NCBI GenBank assembly: GCA_951406725.2
Contig: OX597815.1
Coordinates: forward strand, 141,422,001 to 141,486,000
DNA length: 64,000 nt
DNA from: Octopus vulgaris
Taxonomy: Eukaryota
Reading direction: 5' to 3'
A model generated the notes under the pieces. That model was not told the DNA's origin and ran no database searches. It saw nothing but the letters and a program-made list of their open reading frames with translations. Both the position numbers and the translations under genes were made by a program. Positions 60,805 to 64,000 of this stretch are shown here, one piece after another. Positions within the stretch are counted from its first letter, which is position 1. Every line of letters begins with the position of its first letter.

Positions 60805-60817
60805 TGATGCCCCCATC

Positions 60818-60877
<60 letters not shown>

Positions 60878-61748
60878 AATTATCTGAATTATAAGTAATT
60901 CAACGCATCTGATCTATTCACCTGCAACGCGCCGTAATCATTATGTTTAGCAACTCAGATACTCTAGGTGAAATCACTTCATCTACTCTTTTCAGCTGTT
61001 TTCATCAAAATGTAATTTTTTTCAAATTCAAAGCAAGAAAATATAAGCTACATTCCGTCATGACACGTGTGTCTTTCGCTGTTGATATGGAGAGTGAAAA
61101 AATTGCCCTGAATCTTACATTTACCGAAGAATTGTGTTTTTTTTTTTTTATTTTGAAGGATAATCGCATAATTGCTTTGCTGTACTAGAGTTTTCATTTT
61201 CTATATAATTTTTTACATCAGAAGCTTTCGACCAACCAAACTATTGCTGTGTTAGGTGGAATGAAATTTCGGCACACAGTTTATAAATTTTGATACTCAT
61301 TTACGTTCTCTTTGGGCTGCAATAAATGACACACTCACAATTACATCTTAGATAAGAACCTACACTACAATCAGCTATGTTTTAGATAATGCCAAACTTC
61401 TACTGAAAAAAATGTGTAAGAAACAACTACACTTACATAAGTCTTGATTTAAACAACATAAAATACAAAATCCCAAAGCACATGTAAAGGATCCCATCAT
61501 AAAATATTTTACGTGGAATAAATTATTCCCTTTCATCTTTGAAAGAGAATTTGATACGGATTTAGTGAAATATGATTCCATATATATTATGGAATTTTCT
61601 TTAGATATTTTGAATTGCATAGAATGCACCATTTTCCTGGATCTTAAAGCGTTCCAGGGTACATAAATATCGGAGAATAAGATGAGATTTCTAGCAATAA
61701 TATTTATGCTATTATCATAGTATCTACGCTTTTCATTTTCAACATATC

Positions 61749-61967
61749 TTGAGTAGGCAAGTGAAAAATATGCATATGTGCGTGTATGTGAATTTGTGCC
61801 TAAGAGCATGTGGGTGAATAAAATGCATGAATTACATCAAACTATCAACTTAAATATTAATTCTCTTATTTACTACATGTCCATACTGAATACACATTCT
61901 GGTCAGATTTATCTGGCTAATAGCTAAAGCACAAAACGAACATATTTCGAAGGATATCTAAACCAAT
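61749..61967. repeat. 219-bp direct repeat, copy 2
   Basis: Matches 60586-60804. Confidence 0.95.
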
Positions 61968-62918
61968 CTTAATTACAACATTTTGATGAATATAATTGTA
62001 ATATTTCAATTTAATTTTACACCGATGTGGAACCAATATGAATAAAAATGGATTTCAGCAATTAAATGAACCACAGATTTCTTGTACTATATCATGTGTG
62101 TTCAAGCAGATGAACATAAAACGGAGGAGGCTATATAAAACGAAATTTCAGCCACGACCATTTTACTAAACGCACATAGAAATGACGTAAGTTAAATCGA
62201 CTGAAACAGTTTAAATGTGTAAGAAGTTCCTAATTATAGGAAATAGGAAATATAGCTAGCTATATTGCCAATTGTTTGGCATTAACTGGTGAGTCAATAT
62301 TTTCAGTGTTCTAGTTACTTAACTTCATTTCTCTACTTTCATTTCTCTAATTATTCCTGGTTCAATGACAAACATTTTTCGGGGGAGAACTATAGATGTG
62401 TAACATGTAATAACGATAGGAAGTTTTGTATAACTTTCCTATCAGTTAATTATCACGTGATTTACCTGGTAAAAAATGATAAACATCCATGTTGGTATCA
62501 TGAAAGAATGCAGGTGCTTTTAAATGATAAAAATATTCCGATAACTTAAGATAGGGATCTGTGTCGAGGTTAATAACAACAGCAATATTATGAATAACTT
62601 CGAAATATAGGAAAGACTAAGTACAAGAGACAGCGAGTAGCACATATGGAGATTCAGAATTCTGATGCATATTGTTATATTCTGGGTATAGGTATTTAGC
62701 AACTTTTACATTTAATTGCAATTTAGAGGAGTCACAAGCCACTGTTCACATGCGCACATACACGCACACATACATAGACGTACACACACATTATATACAT
62801 ATATGTGTGTGTATACATATATACATACATATGCATATATATATGCATACATATATATATTTCAGAATACATATAAATGTATATAAGTATATGCGTATCT
62901 ATGTGCGCGTCTGTGTGT

Positions 62919-62974
<56 letters not shown>

Positions 62975-64000
62975 GTTCCAGCAATTAATGTAACGAATAA
63001 TATATCATATGTGAATACATTGCATGCAATTTCAGAAATTTCAATTTGTATAAAATGATTTTCTATTTCAGCTTATTAAATAATATTAGCGTGCTTTCTA
63101 TGTAAATGGAATATTTAATGATTTACGTCTAACGTGACATTCTGGTATTAAACTTTAGAATCAGGAACCTGGATTTACCTATGTCGTCACACATATAGTT
63201 CCATTCCTATCTACAACTGCTTCAATACAAACTTAATTAGCATTAATCGTTGCAATCCACTATAGATGTTTGTATGAATTTTAGATTTTCCTTCCATAAA
63301 CTAGTGAGGATAGACTGAAATGTAATTTTATACAAATGTCATGATGCTATTATATCGTCATAATTAGAGGAATATTACTAAAATTGTGAAAAATCAATAT
63401 TTCTTTGAATCTCAAATGTTCTGGAAAGTTGGAAATTACACAAAATAAACACATTCCCAGAAAAATAATTTATGTATATTTAATATCATTTGATTTTTGA
63501 TTCGGTCCGTTTTATTTTTTTCAATTTCAATTTAGTAAACATTTTCCATTCATTTTCTTATTCTTTTCGATTTTTTTCCTACGTATATCAAGTTAAATTA
63601 TTTTCAAACACGTTTTACTGAAACCTATTATGTAATAAAAAAAATCTTGTCATGATATTTTAAAGTTTTTACTGCTTTAAATTAAACAGTGTAAGTTCAA
63701 TCTACGAGGCAATAAAATATTACAATGCGTTATATGTCTGTGCAGTTGGCTAGTTTGGAACATTTCGTGGAATGGTGTTATAAATATAATTTATGTATTC
63801 AATAATCCGGTAATATCATACACTTATTGAAATAAATCTTGCTGGTGTTACGAGATAATTTCAAACAGAAATCGATTACGTGAAGAAGCCTGTTAGTGAT
63901 GTAATTTAAGGAACTGCTTTGTCAAGACAATGCTTATGAATTTATGTCGCTTATTGAGAGTTAAATTCTCTATTAAAATGCTCGGCTACTTTCTGTCGAC

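Noticed and set aside
60586-61967. LTR retrotransposon or TRIM
   Set aside because: No PBS, PPT, convincing TSD or coding remnant; identity extends beyond TG..CA; kept only as a duplication
62145-62295. Possible micro-exons (tttcag..gtaagt; gtgagt donor)
   Set aside because: Splice-like motifs are expected by chance; no recognisable peptide and no transcript evidence available

Overview
AT-rich eukaryotic, repeat-dominated window with no host protein-coding gene, rRNA, intact tRNA or CRISPR array that I can support. The SINE families and microsatellite load look like an octopus (coleoid cephalopod) genome; that assignment is inference from pattern recognition. It holds decayed non-LTR retrotransposons (Tx1/L1-like, RTE, R4/Dong-like with restriction-like endonuclease, CR1/L2-like, Penelope-like), a cluster of mariner elements plus a MITE at 13.4-18.2 kb, a probable non-autonomous Helitron, about 18 tRNA-derived SINE copies or fragments built from shuffled modules, and many microsatellites. 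The dominant oddity is a 4.4-kb (AAT)n array, degenerate on the left and pure for about 2.9 kb on the right, abutting the 5' half of a Dong-like element. Also notable: a chain of retroelements linked by trinucleotide repeats (4.7-10.5 kb), two nested RTE insertions with visible target-site duplications, two fold-back palindromes, several degenerate hammerhead-like motifs and a 219-bp direct repeat. Most ORFs in the track are microsatellite or antisense artefacts. I found no convincing new protein-coding system; the best leads are RNA/DNA-level mobile-element behaviours. Family names come from motif recognition only (no database search), and boundaries without TSD/TIR support are approximate.
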